Source: Octopus sinensis (lineage: Eukaryota). From it: 17,262 bases of DNA. The position numbers were made by a program, and so were the translations under genes. The notes under the pieces are model-generated. The model made no database searches, was not told where the DNA came from, and saw only the letters and a program-made list of their open reading frames with translations. The stretch lies in NCBI RefSeq assembly GCF_006345805.1, contig NW_021824902.1, forward strand, positions 1-17,262, read 5' to 3'. Shown here piece by piece: positions 1 to 8,984 of this stretch; position 1 is the stretch's first letter, and each line of letters opens with the position of its first letter.

Positions 1-133
1 TAAATATAAATATAGATGTATGCACGCGTGTATTTCCGAATCTATTGCGCGCGCACACGCACACACACACACACACACATAATGAATCATTTGCATTGAC
101 AAAACGACCAACCTACGTAAACAAATACCACGC

Positions 134-246
134 AGAATAAGTACTGGGCTTACAAAGAATAAGTCCCGGGGTCGATCTGCTCGACTAAAGGCGGTGCTCC
201 AACATGGCCGCAGGTCAAATGACTGAAACAAGTAAAAAAAAAAAAA

Positions 247-248
<2 letters not shown>
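134..248 (+). mobile_element. SINE family A, 3' tail fragment
   Basis: agaataagtactgggcttacaaagaataagtcc...ggcggtgctccaacatggccgcaggtcaaatgactgaaacaagtaaaa matches the 3' end of the full copies at 3686-4178 and 15293-15723; ends in an A-run. Confidence 0.85.
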
Positions 249-249
<1 letters not shown>

Positions 250-285
<36 letters not shown>

Positions 286-307
286 AGAGAGAGAGAGAGA
301 GAGAGAG

Positions 308-392
<85 letters not shown>
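250..392. repeat. (TA)n/(GA)n compound microsatellite
   Basis: Directly visible dinucleotide runs. Confidence 0.95.
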
Positions 393-395
<3 letters not shown>

Positions 396-419
396 GATTG
401 GTGTGAGTGTGTATGCGTG

Positions 420-776
420 GAGACACAATGGCCCAGTTGATTAGGGTAGCGGACTCGCGGCTGTAGGATCGCGGTTTCGATTCCTAGACCGGGCATTGTG
501 AGTGTTTATTGAGTGAAAATACCTTAAGTTCCACGAGACTCCAGCAGAGAGTGGTGGTAAGGCCCTGCTGTACTCATTCACTACAACTTTCACTCTTTCT
601 TCCAGTTATTGTTGTACTTATATTTCAAAGGGCCAGCCTTATCACACTCTGCGTCACGCTGAATCTCCCCGGGAACTACGTTAAGGGTACATGTGTCTGT
701 GGAGTGCTCAGCCACTTGTACGTTAATTTCACGAGCAGGCTGTTCCGTTGATCGGATCATCTGGAACCGTCGTCGA
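420..776 (+). mobile_element. tRNA-derived SINE family C (C head + tail shared with family D)
   Basis: A-box-like tggcccagttgattag and B-box-like ggtttcgattcc. The head and middle align with 8661-8840; the 3' module (tatttcaaagggccagcc...cacgttaatttcacgagc...gatcggatca) aligns with 4593-4815. Confidence 0.8.
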
Positions 777-856
777 TGGTCTCGTGGAATCAACGTGAGC
801 AAGGGAGGAGGAGTTAGGGAGAGAGAGTGACATATATATATATATATATATATATA

Positions 857-1052
857 ACATAAGGACTAAAGCCATCTGAATATGGCTAGGGACAGGGCAG
901 GGTGGGGGGGGTGTTACTGTTGCATTAGCCCCAGGCGAACATCAACTCGCCCAGATAGGCTTGACACCATTACGGCGTCCTTTATCTGCAAAGGGAGATA
1001 ATTCCCAGAAGCGGGTCCCTAGCCATATTCAGATGGCTTTAGTCCCTTATGT
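857..1052. mobile_element. MITE-like element with ~37-bp terminal inverted repeats and flanking TA
   Basis: acataaggactaaagccatctgaatatggctagggac (857-893) is the reverse complement of 1015-1052 except for one extra C. TA lies on both sides (855-856, 1053-1054). No coding capacity. Confidence 0.6.
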
Positions 1053-1098
1053 TATGGAGCAGTTACTGTCTATATCTCATTTAGAGAATTATTATTGC

Positions 1099-1137
<39 letters not shown>

Positions 1138-1141
<4 letters not shown>

Positions 1142-2294
1142 ACGTTAAAAAAACACAAACTGGGACAAGAACGTGAAACATTTTGAAGACGACAGAAAAA
1201 CACACGACGGGACTTTCGAAGCTCTCAGTCATCAGTCAAGAACCAGATCATCTTCGCAATTTCGGCTGATTAATCTTGAGATTGCTCCAATCTGGGCAGC
1301 CCGCCAAGGGAAATCTAAGCCAGTCGCATAGATTCCTTGGAAGAAAACCTCGAAATGTATACAACACGGTGACGGAAAAAACGGACGATGTTACTCGAAA
1401 AAAATTCAAAAATACGTAAAAACAATAACGATAGCACGGATAAGAATACACAATAACGTAAAAACAATAATAACAAGACCAGGACGTCAGGACAAGCGTC
1501 TTTCGACAGGACGAGTTGAGTATAGGCTGGCTGTGGAACAAGTGCCTGAAGGCAAACGGAGCACAAACAAATACGGGTGGTCACACCAACTACTTGATGC
1601 GAAAAGGCAGTAGTAGCTAGCTGGTCACGTGAGCACAAAAAGGAGAAAGGGACAGATGAAGAGGGAAGCAAGAGAGGGAAAGGGACAGGTCAAGTGGGGT
1701 ATAAGGTCTGAGAGGCAGAGAAATGTGGGAGAGGAGGGACGGAGGAAGAGAGAAAGAAAGAAGGGGAACAAGGGAGGAGAAGAAAAAGAGGGAAAGAGAC
1801 AGAACAAGGGGAGTGCAAAGAGTGAAGGCAGAGAAAAGTAGGAGAGGGGGGAAAAAGAGACAGTGAAGTCGAGTCGTACCAATGTTAGAGAGTAATATAC
1901 TTACAGTATAGGGTCAAAAGGTAGGATACGTAGCTGCCGTGTATATATGTAAACGTTAAAAAAACACAAACTGGGACAAGAACGTGAAACATTTTGAAGA
2001 CGACAGAAAAACACACAGACGGGACTTTCGAAGCTCTCAGTCATCAGTCAAGAACCAGATCATCTTCGCGTTTTCGGCTGATTAATCTTGAGATTGCTCC
2101 AATCTGGGCAGCCCGCCAAGGGAAATCTAAGCCAGTCGCATTAGATTCCTTGGAAGAAAACCTCGAAAGTATACAACACGGTGACGGAAAAAACGGACGA
2201 TGTTACTCGAAAAAAATTCAAAAATACGTAAAAACAATAACGATAGCACGGATAAGAATACACAATAACGTAAAAACAATAATAAACAGGACCA

Positions 2295-2297
<3 letters not shown>
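1138..2297 (-). mobile_element. Penelope-like partial tandem (pseudo-LTR-like): ~350-bp direct repeats at 1138-1484 and 1948-2297 around a GA-rich interior
   Basis: The two near-identical repeats differ mostly by 1-nt indels. (TA)n lies on both sides. Each repeat has a CTGATGA...GAAA motif on the minus strand. A diverged third copy is at 11310-11552. The PLE assignment is inferred from architecture; no RT or GIY-YIG ORF is seen. Confidence 0.6.

Positions 2298-2386
<89 letters not shown>
2298..2386. repeat. (TA)n microsatellite
   Basis: Directly visible. Confidence 0.95.
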
Positions 2387-2387
<1 letters not shown>

Positions 2388-2689
2388 AACTTGTTAGCAG
2401 TTCAAATATACTTGGGATATATTCGAACCGTGGTGAGGCGCCATTCACTGTATTTTGTCATGGAGAAAATTTCACACATGCACACACGCGTGCAAAGACA
2501 CTATAGGATGAACGCTTAAATAGACGAAACTTCGAATTCCCTCTCAATAATATTCTTGCTTAATAATAATACTTTTGAACTGTATAAATGTCTAGAATAA
2601 CCCATCAGATTAATACAAAATTGTTTGTATGAATGTTGGGAAAATGACCATTGTGAAAGGATCCATTTTGAGCATGCACCTATGAAAAA

Positions 2690-2895
2690 TAAAAGAAGGG
2701 CACTTACACTGTTGGTTAGGCTCCCGTGGATTTTTTTTTGGCGGGGGGTCCACGAGTAGTCTTAAAGCACCTCCCCCTTTAGGGAGTTTTATTTGTTTGT
2801 CTTTGTTATTTACACGTTTTAATAGCCTTTTATATCGTCCTGTTTTGTCATTTCATGTTGTTTTTATGGAAGCCCTTGTGGCCAATAAAAGAATT
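2690..2895 (+). mobile_element. Possible LINE 3' UTR/terminus sharing its tail with SINE family B
   Basis: T-rich tract ending gtcctgttttgtc...agcccttgtggccaataaaagaa, similar to the family B tail gtccttgtttgtc...agccccttgtgggtagtaaagaaa. The upstream part does not resemble the SINE B body. Confidence 0.3.
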
Positions 2896-2989
2896 AACTT
2901 AAAATAAATAAAAATATTAACTTAGTGATGATTAAATTTTTCCTTTATGGATTTTTTGGGAATTCCAACCATGTTTCATGGTTCGCTAC

Positions 2990-3390
2990 CTCAACAGTTC
3001 CTTTATAGGATCCGGTGGCTAAGGACATCATCCGGAGGAACCACGTCCGGTTTCAGCCCCTACTCTTCAACCATTTTCGTCATGGCGTCCCCCTACATCC
3101 TTTCGGAGGTGTCCTCAGGTCTTGTGTTGAGTGCGTTTTTTTTTTCTTTGGCTTTTTGTTCTTTGGTTTCTTCGATGCAGCGTCAACGAATGCCAGCGGG
3201 CGTATGACCACCCTGCCAAATTTCCCTCTAAATATCCGCTGGTAGGCTCCAGCATCCAGCGCCAGCTAACTGTAACGTGATACAGTCTAAGCTTTAACTG
3301 ACCAATGGAGGGGAAGGATGCGAAGTTTTTGCCCGTGCCCTCTGTAGACCTAACTTCCAACAGTGTCGTGTTAGTATCAGCTCCAGCTGC
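2990..3390 (-). pseudogene. Possible decayed retroelement ORF1/gag-like fragment
   Basis: GC-richer, coding-like composition. Minus frames give VLGAAGADTNTTLLEVRS..., a degenerate knuckle-like QGGHTPAG and a K/E-rich IEETKEQKAKEKK, interrupted by stops. No motif is decisive. Confidence 0.25.
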
Positions 3391-3399
3391 GCCTAGCAC

Positions 3400-3680
3400 T
3401 ATATATGACCGTGTGGTAAGATGCTTGCTTCCCACCAACATGGTTCCAGATTCAGCCCAACTGCGAGGCACCTTGGGCAAGTGATTTCTGCTATAACGTA
3501 GAGGGAAACTGAAAGAAGCCCGTCACATATACGTAGGTATATACCTATGTTTGCGTGTCTTTGTGTTTGTGTTTGCCCCACCACTAACACCACCACCACC
3601 ACCAAGAAAGGTTGACAACTAGTGTCTGTTTGTTTATGTTCTCCACATGGTCGCAGCCAAATGAGTAGCACAAGCAAAAG
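3400..3680 (+). mobile_element. SINE family A, degenerate and internally deleted
   Basis: gtgtggtaagatgcttgcttccc...gaggcaccttgggcaagtg head/CORE-like segment, then ggaaactgaaagaagcccgtc and tail remnants. Confidence 0.7.
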
Positions 3681-3685
3681 ATAAT

Positions 3686-3905
3686 ATGGAGGGACAGTGT
3701 GGTAAGTAGCTTGTTTACTAGCCACATGGTTCCAGGTTCAGTCCCACTGCGTGGCAACTTGGGCAAGTGTCGTTTACTATAGCCTCGGGCCGACCAAAGC
3801 CTTGTAAGCGGATTTGATAGACGGAAACTGGAAGAAGTCTGTCGTATATGTATATGTATTTGTGTGTCCCCACGTCCATATGTTTATGTGTCTATAAATA
3901 AATAA

Positions 3906-3966
<61 letters not shown>

Positions 3967-4178
3967 TGTGTCTGTGTTTGTCCCACACCCTACCATCGTT
4001 TGACCACCGATGTTTGTGTGTTTACGTCACCCGTAACCTGGCGTTCAGCAAAAGACAACGATAGACTAAGTAGTCGGGTTACAAAGAATACGATCTGGGG
4101 GATCGATCTGTTCCACTAACAGGTGGTGCTCCAGTATGGCTGCAGTCAAATGACTGAAACAAATAAAAGTATAAAAGA
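3686..4178 (+). mobile_element. SINE family A, full length (tRNA head + CORE-like domain + internal microsatellite + tail)
   Basis: gtgtggtaag...ggttcagtcccactgcgtggcaacttgggcaagtgtc (B box + CORE-like ttgggcaagt), internal (TA)n(TG)n, tail cagtcaaatgactgaaacaaataaaag. The CORE similarity is from recollection of the CORE-SINE consensus. Confidence 0.9.
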
Positions 4179-4312
4179 AGGCGCAACACATACTCAGATA
4201 TTTTGTTCAGCATTATAAGTTGGGGATCGATTCTTAAGATAAATCCATTTATACGCACAGACCGCAATTTGCAAGTAACCATTTATACATTTGTGAGTAT
4301 GCATATTTAGAC

Positions 4313-4417
4313 ATGCATACATACATACATACATATATACATACATACATACATACATACACACACACATCCATCCATACATACAAACATACATACATAC
4401 ATACATACATACATACA

Positions 4418-4447
<30 letters not shown>
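4313..4447. repeat. (CATA)n tetranucleotide microsatellite
   Basis: Directly visible. Confidence 0.95.
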
Positions 4448-4450
<3 letters not shown>

Positions 4451-4815
4451 GTGAAGGAGCGTGGCTTAGTGGTTAAGGGCATTCGGCTCATGGTAGTACG
4501 GTCGCGAGTTCAATTCCTAACAACGCATTGTGTCCTCGAGTAAGACACTTTATTTCACGTTGCTCCAGTCCACTCAGCTGGCAAAAATGAGTAGTACCTG
4601 TATTTCAAAGGGGCCAGCCTTGTCACACTCTATGTCACGCTGAATCTCCCAGGGATGAACGTCGGTGCCCCAGCATGGCCACAGCTCGTGAGCTGAAACT
4701 AGATGAAATGAGTGTCTGTGGATTGCTCAGCCACTTGTACGTTAATTTCACGAGCAAGTAGTTCTGTTGATCGGATCAGCTGGGACCCTCGTCGTCGTAA
4801 ACGACGGAGTGCTCC
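4451..4815 (+). mobile_element. SINE family D (tRNA head + CORE-like domain + tail shared with family C), with a 61-nt foreign insert at 4651-4711
   Basis: A box tggcttagtggttaag, B box gagttcaattcc, CORE-like tgtgtcctcgagtaagacactt; 3' module as in 630-776. Confidence 0.85.
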
Positions 4816-4883
4816 TCTAGAATATACATATATATAAGTATGTGTGTGTGTTTCTCTCTCCCCATCTCTCCCTCCCTCCCCCC

Positions 4884-4919
<36 letters not shown>

Positions 4920-5071
4920 ATATATATATATATATATATATACTTAATTATATTAGCGGGTACACGAAGCACCAGCTTGCTAGAGAGTGGAGGTAAAAAA
5001 AAATGCCACCAATCTTCCCGAAAATATGTAACGGACCAACGGAAATCAGGCAAACGATGGGAAATAAAAGC

Positions 5072-5108
<37 letters not shown>

Positions 5109-5812
5109 TCTTTACGAGTATTTGTTTTGAATATTTATTCATTCTTATATATATGTTATATATATACACACACATGAATGTGTATACGCGCATGAGTCTA
5201 CCGTTCAATATCCATTTACATAAATACTACATACATACATACATACATACATACATACATTCATACATATAACATACATACATACATCTACTTGTGTCTA
5301 AATACATACGTCCCATAAACGCATACACGCAAGCATTAAAGCATCTATTACACATACGCAATAATTACGCGCATGCACAATCACGCATACACACGCACAT
5401 ACATACAGACATACAGACATATTTCTTCTTCAAATATAATTTCCTCCAATTTGCGCATTTATAAATACAATTTATAAATATAAATTATGAATATAATTGA
5501 TAAATATAATTTATAACATATTTTACAATATATTTTTTCGTTCCATATATTTTTCTTTTTCATTCATTTATATATATATCATCAGTTTATTTTGTTATTT
5601 TCTGGCGAAATATTAATAATTATGCTTGTTAACCAAAACATATAGTCGAGCCATTTCTCATTAATGCTTAGTTATAAAAATCGTTCTCTTGTCTCAAATG
5701 AAATTTGCGTTTCCATCCCAGAATTTGTTTTCCGTGAGCGCTTATGTGTGTTTATATGTTTCCCGATGTCCTTATATCACCGTGTGTCTCCATATTGTGT
5801 ATATTGTGGAAT

Positions 5813-5987
5813 GTGAAGGCTCATGGCTAAGTGGTTAAGGTGTTCGGCTCGAGATTGAAAGGACATGCGTTCGATACCGCGTGGGGCGTTGTGGCCTTGG
5901 GCAAACCCACTTTATTTCACGTTGCTCCAATCCATTCAATTGGCAAAAGTGAACAGTACCTGTAATGCAAACGGCCAGCCTTCTCAC
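5813..5987 (+). mobile_element. SINE family D, 3'-truncated and diverged
   Basis: gtgaaggctcatggctaagtggttaagg...ttgtggccttgggcaaacccactttatttcacgttgctcc aligns with 4451-4625. Confidence 0.8.
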
Positions 5988-6009
5988 ATTTACGTCCCCG
6001 TAAACACAC

Positions 6010-6162
6010 CTGGGGCACCGCTTTTAGTTGAAGAAATCGACCTCAGGACTTATTCTTTGTAAGCTTAGTACTTATTCTAACGGTCTCTTTTCGCCGAACA
6101 GCTAAGTTACGGAGACGTAAACACACCAGCATCGGTTGTCAATCGATGGTGGGGAGGGACAA

Positions 6163-6205
<43 letters not shown>

Positions 6206-6363
6206 CGACAGGCTTCTTTCAGTTTCCGTCTACCAAATCTACTCATAAGGCGTTGGTCGGCACGAAGCTATAGTAGAAGATACTTGCCCAAGGTGGCACG
6301 CAGTGGGACTGAACCCGGAACCATGTGACTGGTAAGCAAGCTACTTATCACACAGCCGCGCCT
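6010..6363 (-). mobile_element. SINE family A, near full length
   Basis: Reverse complement matches the family A head, CORE-like domain, internal (TA)(TG) tract and most of the tail. Confidence 0.9.
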
Positions 6364-6364
6364 T

Positions 6365-7423
6365 AAGAAATTGTACGACTCTACCGCAATGTATCATCAA
6401 AAGATGAGTTTATATTAGCAGAAGACGATGCATTGTTATGTTAGCAGAAAGCTCCAGAATGACAGTAACTTTAATAATCAACGGACCAACAACCGGATTA
6501 CTAACTTTCACTTCGAGGGGTACTCATTTGCCATGCAGGAACAGGAAATAACAACCAAATACCTGATGCACAAAAGGACAGAGACGCAGGAAAAACTTCA
6601 AGATGTGATGACCAATGCAGTGTTGACACCGAATATATCACCCACACCATAAGCAGTTGCCCAAAAATGACATCGCGGTATTATCTACCGATAAGACATG
6701 ACGTTGTATGACATCTGTCGGAAGGATAATCCTAAGGCGAAAGATATAACGCACGATATGGTAGAGGTCATAAGAACCCACGGTATGGTAAAGGGCGGTG
6801 AGCTGGCAGAATCGTTAGCACACCGGGCGAAATACTTGCGTGCCGCTACGTTCTGAGTTCAAATTCCGCCGAGGTCGACTTTGCCTTTCATCCTTTCTGG
6901 GTCGATTGAATAGTTACCAGTTACGCACTGGGGTCGATATAATCGACTTAATCCGTTTGTCTGTCCTTGTTTGTCCTCTCTGTGTTTAGCCCCTTGTGGG
7001 TAGTACAGAAATAGGTATAGTAGAGGCTTTGAAAGAATACTGGTGGAATGTCCAAGTGAAAACCTCAATAGAACCTAAACGTAATAAACCTGACATAATG
7101 ATTTGGGAAGAGAAGAGAAACTGTGTACAGTTGCAGAAATCAGTTGCTCAGCGGATGTCAACATAAAGCTGAAGTTCAGTGTAAGAGAAAACATCTACGT
7201 TGAGCTATTGAGAAATTTATTGTCACTCTACCTGGATTACAAGTTCGGATTTATACCTGTAATTATTGGAGCACTGGAATATGTAATAAACTGCTTAAGC
7301 ACCAATCTTGATAAATTAGGCTTCCCAAAAGCAAACAGGCGAAAGGTAATTAGAAGATTACAGATTCAAAATATCGGTAGAACTGTCAAAATTTGTAAGA
7401 CTTCCCAGAAGTTTATTATTTAA
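6365..7423 (+). pseudogene. R4/Dong-like non-LTR retrotransposon 3' ORF fragment (CCHC knuckle + restriction-like endonuclease), frameshifted and interrupted by a SINE at 6791-7018
   Basis: Frames give FEGYSFAMQEQEITTKYL, then EYITHTISSCPKMTSRYYLPIRHDVV, then EYWWNVQVKT...NKPDIMIW, then LCTVAEISCSAD...YKFGFIPVIIGAL...LQIQNIGRTVKICKTSQKFII*. This is the EG..A.Q.Q / CCHC / RHD / PD..E motif order known from RLE-clade LINEs. Confidence 0.85.
6791..7018 (+). mobile_element. SINE family B, full length
   Basis: ggcggtgagctggcagaatcgttag (A box), gagttcaaattcc (B box), central gactttgcctttcatcctttc.gggtcgat domain, tail gccccttgtgggtagtacagaaataggtat. Confidence 0.9.
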
Positions 7424-7970
7424 GTATACATGCTCTCATGTCTAGATATGCAACTATATGCATGAGAATACATACATAAAACAAAACACAAATCTTCATA
7501 TGCATTGTCGCTAAATATTATACACAAACACTAAAACATACAGAAATATCCTGTTCTAGTTGTTGAAATTACAATAAAGGAAACCTTGAATCTGGGTTAC
7601 AAATGGAGATAGACAGCGTTAGGCTTTGATATAAATATATTTACATGGCGCACAAAAACAAAAAAAAAAAGATACAGAATAAAAGTACAGAATAAGATAA
7701 GAAGATACGTAATGGAGTTTGCCAATCTTCTCTTGATGAAGGAAGTCAGACCTACAGCAATATCTCCATGCGACTGGTTTCCGGTTATATACCCGTGACT
7801 TTTTGCACATTTCATCTGAAATTTATGATCTTTACGGTTATTATGTTACTCCGAGCACCCTGAAGCAGCTCTCAAGTTATGAATTTACATATTTTCTTCA
7901 CTCTCTCTTTACATACACACCCACGTACACACGTGCGCCCCCCCCCCCCCACACACAATATAAATATATA

Positions 7971-8137
7971 TATACGCCGGGGTTCTTACAGTTTCTGTGC
8001 ACAAGACTATGGTCAACCCTAGGTGTGTAGTAGAAGACTACAAAACTACAAGTAGAAGACTACATGATGCCACGTATTGGGACTGATCCCGGAACCATAT
8101 GATTGGCAAGCAGACTTCTCAACCATATAGCCACTCA
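7971..8137 (-). mobile_element. SINE family A, degenerate 5' half
   Basis: gccacgtattgggactgatcccggaaccatatgattgg is a diverged reverse complement of the family A head. Confidence 0.65.
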
Positions 8138-8312
8138 CAGAAGCCCATGTACTCTTGTATTTTTAATTCTCTGAACCCTTCCTGCAAAGAAGGAACTGGT
8201 TTGTTACAAAGACGTAAAGCACCATTGCATATATTCTCTTCCGTTTTTCATCATTCACATTCTTCTCCTGAAGGAGATACAAAGCTCCAATCGTTGGAAT
8301 GTATAATCAATG

Positions 8313-8470
8313 TCATATTTTAAACTTAAGAAAAGTCTTGTATATTTTTACTGCTCCACTTACAGATTGTATTTATAATAAGCGAGTTGGGCGATGCTTT
8401 CTTTCTGAAAACCCAGGTATACCCAGAGTCTCAGATCAAGTGCACCGGTCATTATTGGGGTAAATGTGCA
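8313..8470 (-). pseudogene. R4/Dong-like LINE C-terminal fragment
   Basis: Minus strand reads TFTPIMTGALD...LGFQKESIAQL and, after a frameshift, IQSVSGAVKIYKTFLKFKI*, homologous to the C-terminus at 7250-7423. Confidence 0.75.
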
Positions 8471-8660
8471 AGCGGTGAGCTGGCAGAATCATTAGCACGC
8501 TGAACGAAATGTTTAGCGGTATTTCGCCCGTCGCTACGTTCTGAGTTCAAATTCCGCCGAGCTCGACTTTGCCTTTCATCCTTCCGGGGTCAATAAACTG
8601 AGTACCAGTAAAACACTGGAGTCGATGTAATTTACTAGTCCCCTTCCCCCAACAATTTCA
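8471..8660 (+). mobile_element. SINE family B variant with an alternative 3' part, truncated
   Basis: Same head and central domain as 6791-6930, then actagtccccttccccc.acaatttcag as in 16530-16560. Confidence 0.85.
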
Positions 8661-8980
8661 GATGGCCTAGTGGTTAGAGCAGCGGACTAGCGGTCGGTCG
8701 AGGGATCGCGGGTTCGAATCTCAGACCGGGCGATGCGTGTGTTTATGAGCGAAACTCCTAAGCTGCACGCGGCTCCGGCCGAAGGTAATGGCGAACTTCC
8801 ACAAACTCTTTCATCACAACTTTCTCTCATTCTTTCCTCCTGCATCTTGCAGCTCACTTGCGATGGACCGACGTCCCGTCCAGGTTGGGAACCTATATGC
8901 CATGGAAACCGGAAAACCGGCGCTTATGAGCCAGGCATGGCTCGAGAAGGAACAAACAACAACAACAACAACAACAATAA
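8661..8980 (+). mobile_element. SINE with family C head and a different tail (C'), ending in (AAC)n
   Basis: tggcctagtggttagagcagcggac / ggttcgaatc boxes. The tail contains gcgatggaccgacgtcccgtccagg (V-domain-like, from recollection) and atgagccaggcatggctcgagaagg(aac)n. Confidence 0.8.
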
Positions 8981-8984
8981 ATTC

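Noticed and set aside
428-495. tRNA gene-like segments (also 4460-4520, 6797-6870, 8662-8725)
   Set aside because: A and B boxes are present but there is no complete cloverleaf or terminator, and each continues into a repeated SINE body.
204-496. ORFs rich in YI/IY, CV, HT, ER or MYVC repeats (here and at 1994, 4194-4543, 12076-12782, 13281-13743 and elsewhere)
   Set aside because: They are translations of (TA)n, (CA)n, (GA)n and (CATA)n microsatellites, which lack stops in some frames.
1640-1865. K/E/R/G-rich 70-aa ORF and its F/S/L/P-rich antisense ORF
   Set aside because: Low-complexity GA tract inside the PLE-like unit, with no domain motif.
2500-2540. ggatgaacgcttaaatagacgaaac, hammerhead-like spacing
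   Set aside because: The core lacks a valid N3-U4-G5-A6-N-N8-A9 pattern, and stems I-III cannot be formed.
5579-5585. Minus-strand CTGATGA
   Set aside because: It runs directly into (TA)n; no stem II or GAAA.
6782-7026. ggtatggtaaagg / ggtatagtagagg as a target-site duplication for the 6791 SINE
   Set aside because: It matches 11 of 13 but overlaps the SINE's own head and tail sequence, so it cannot be called with confidence.
8366-8416. Apparent 51-nt exon with acag|...cag|gt splice signals (IVFIISELGDAFFLKTQ) and an antisense gtaagt donor
   Set aside because: The opposite strand is clearly the decayed C-terminus of the RLE-type LINE, matching three other copies.
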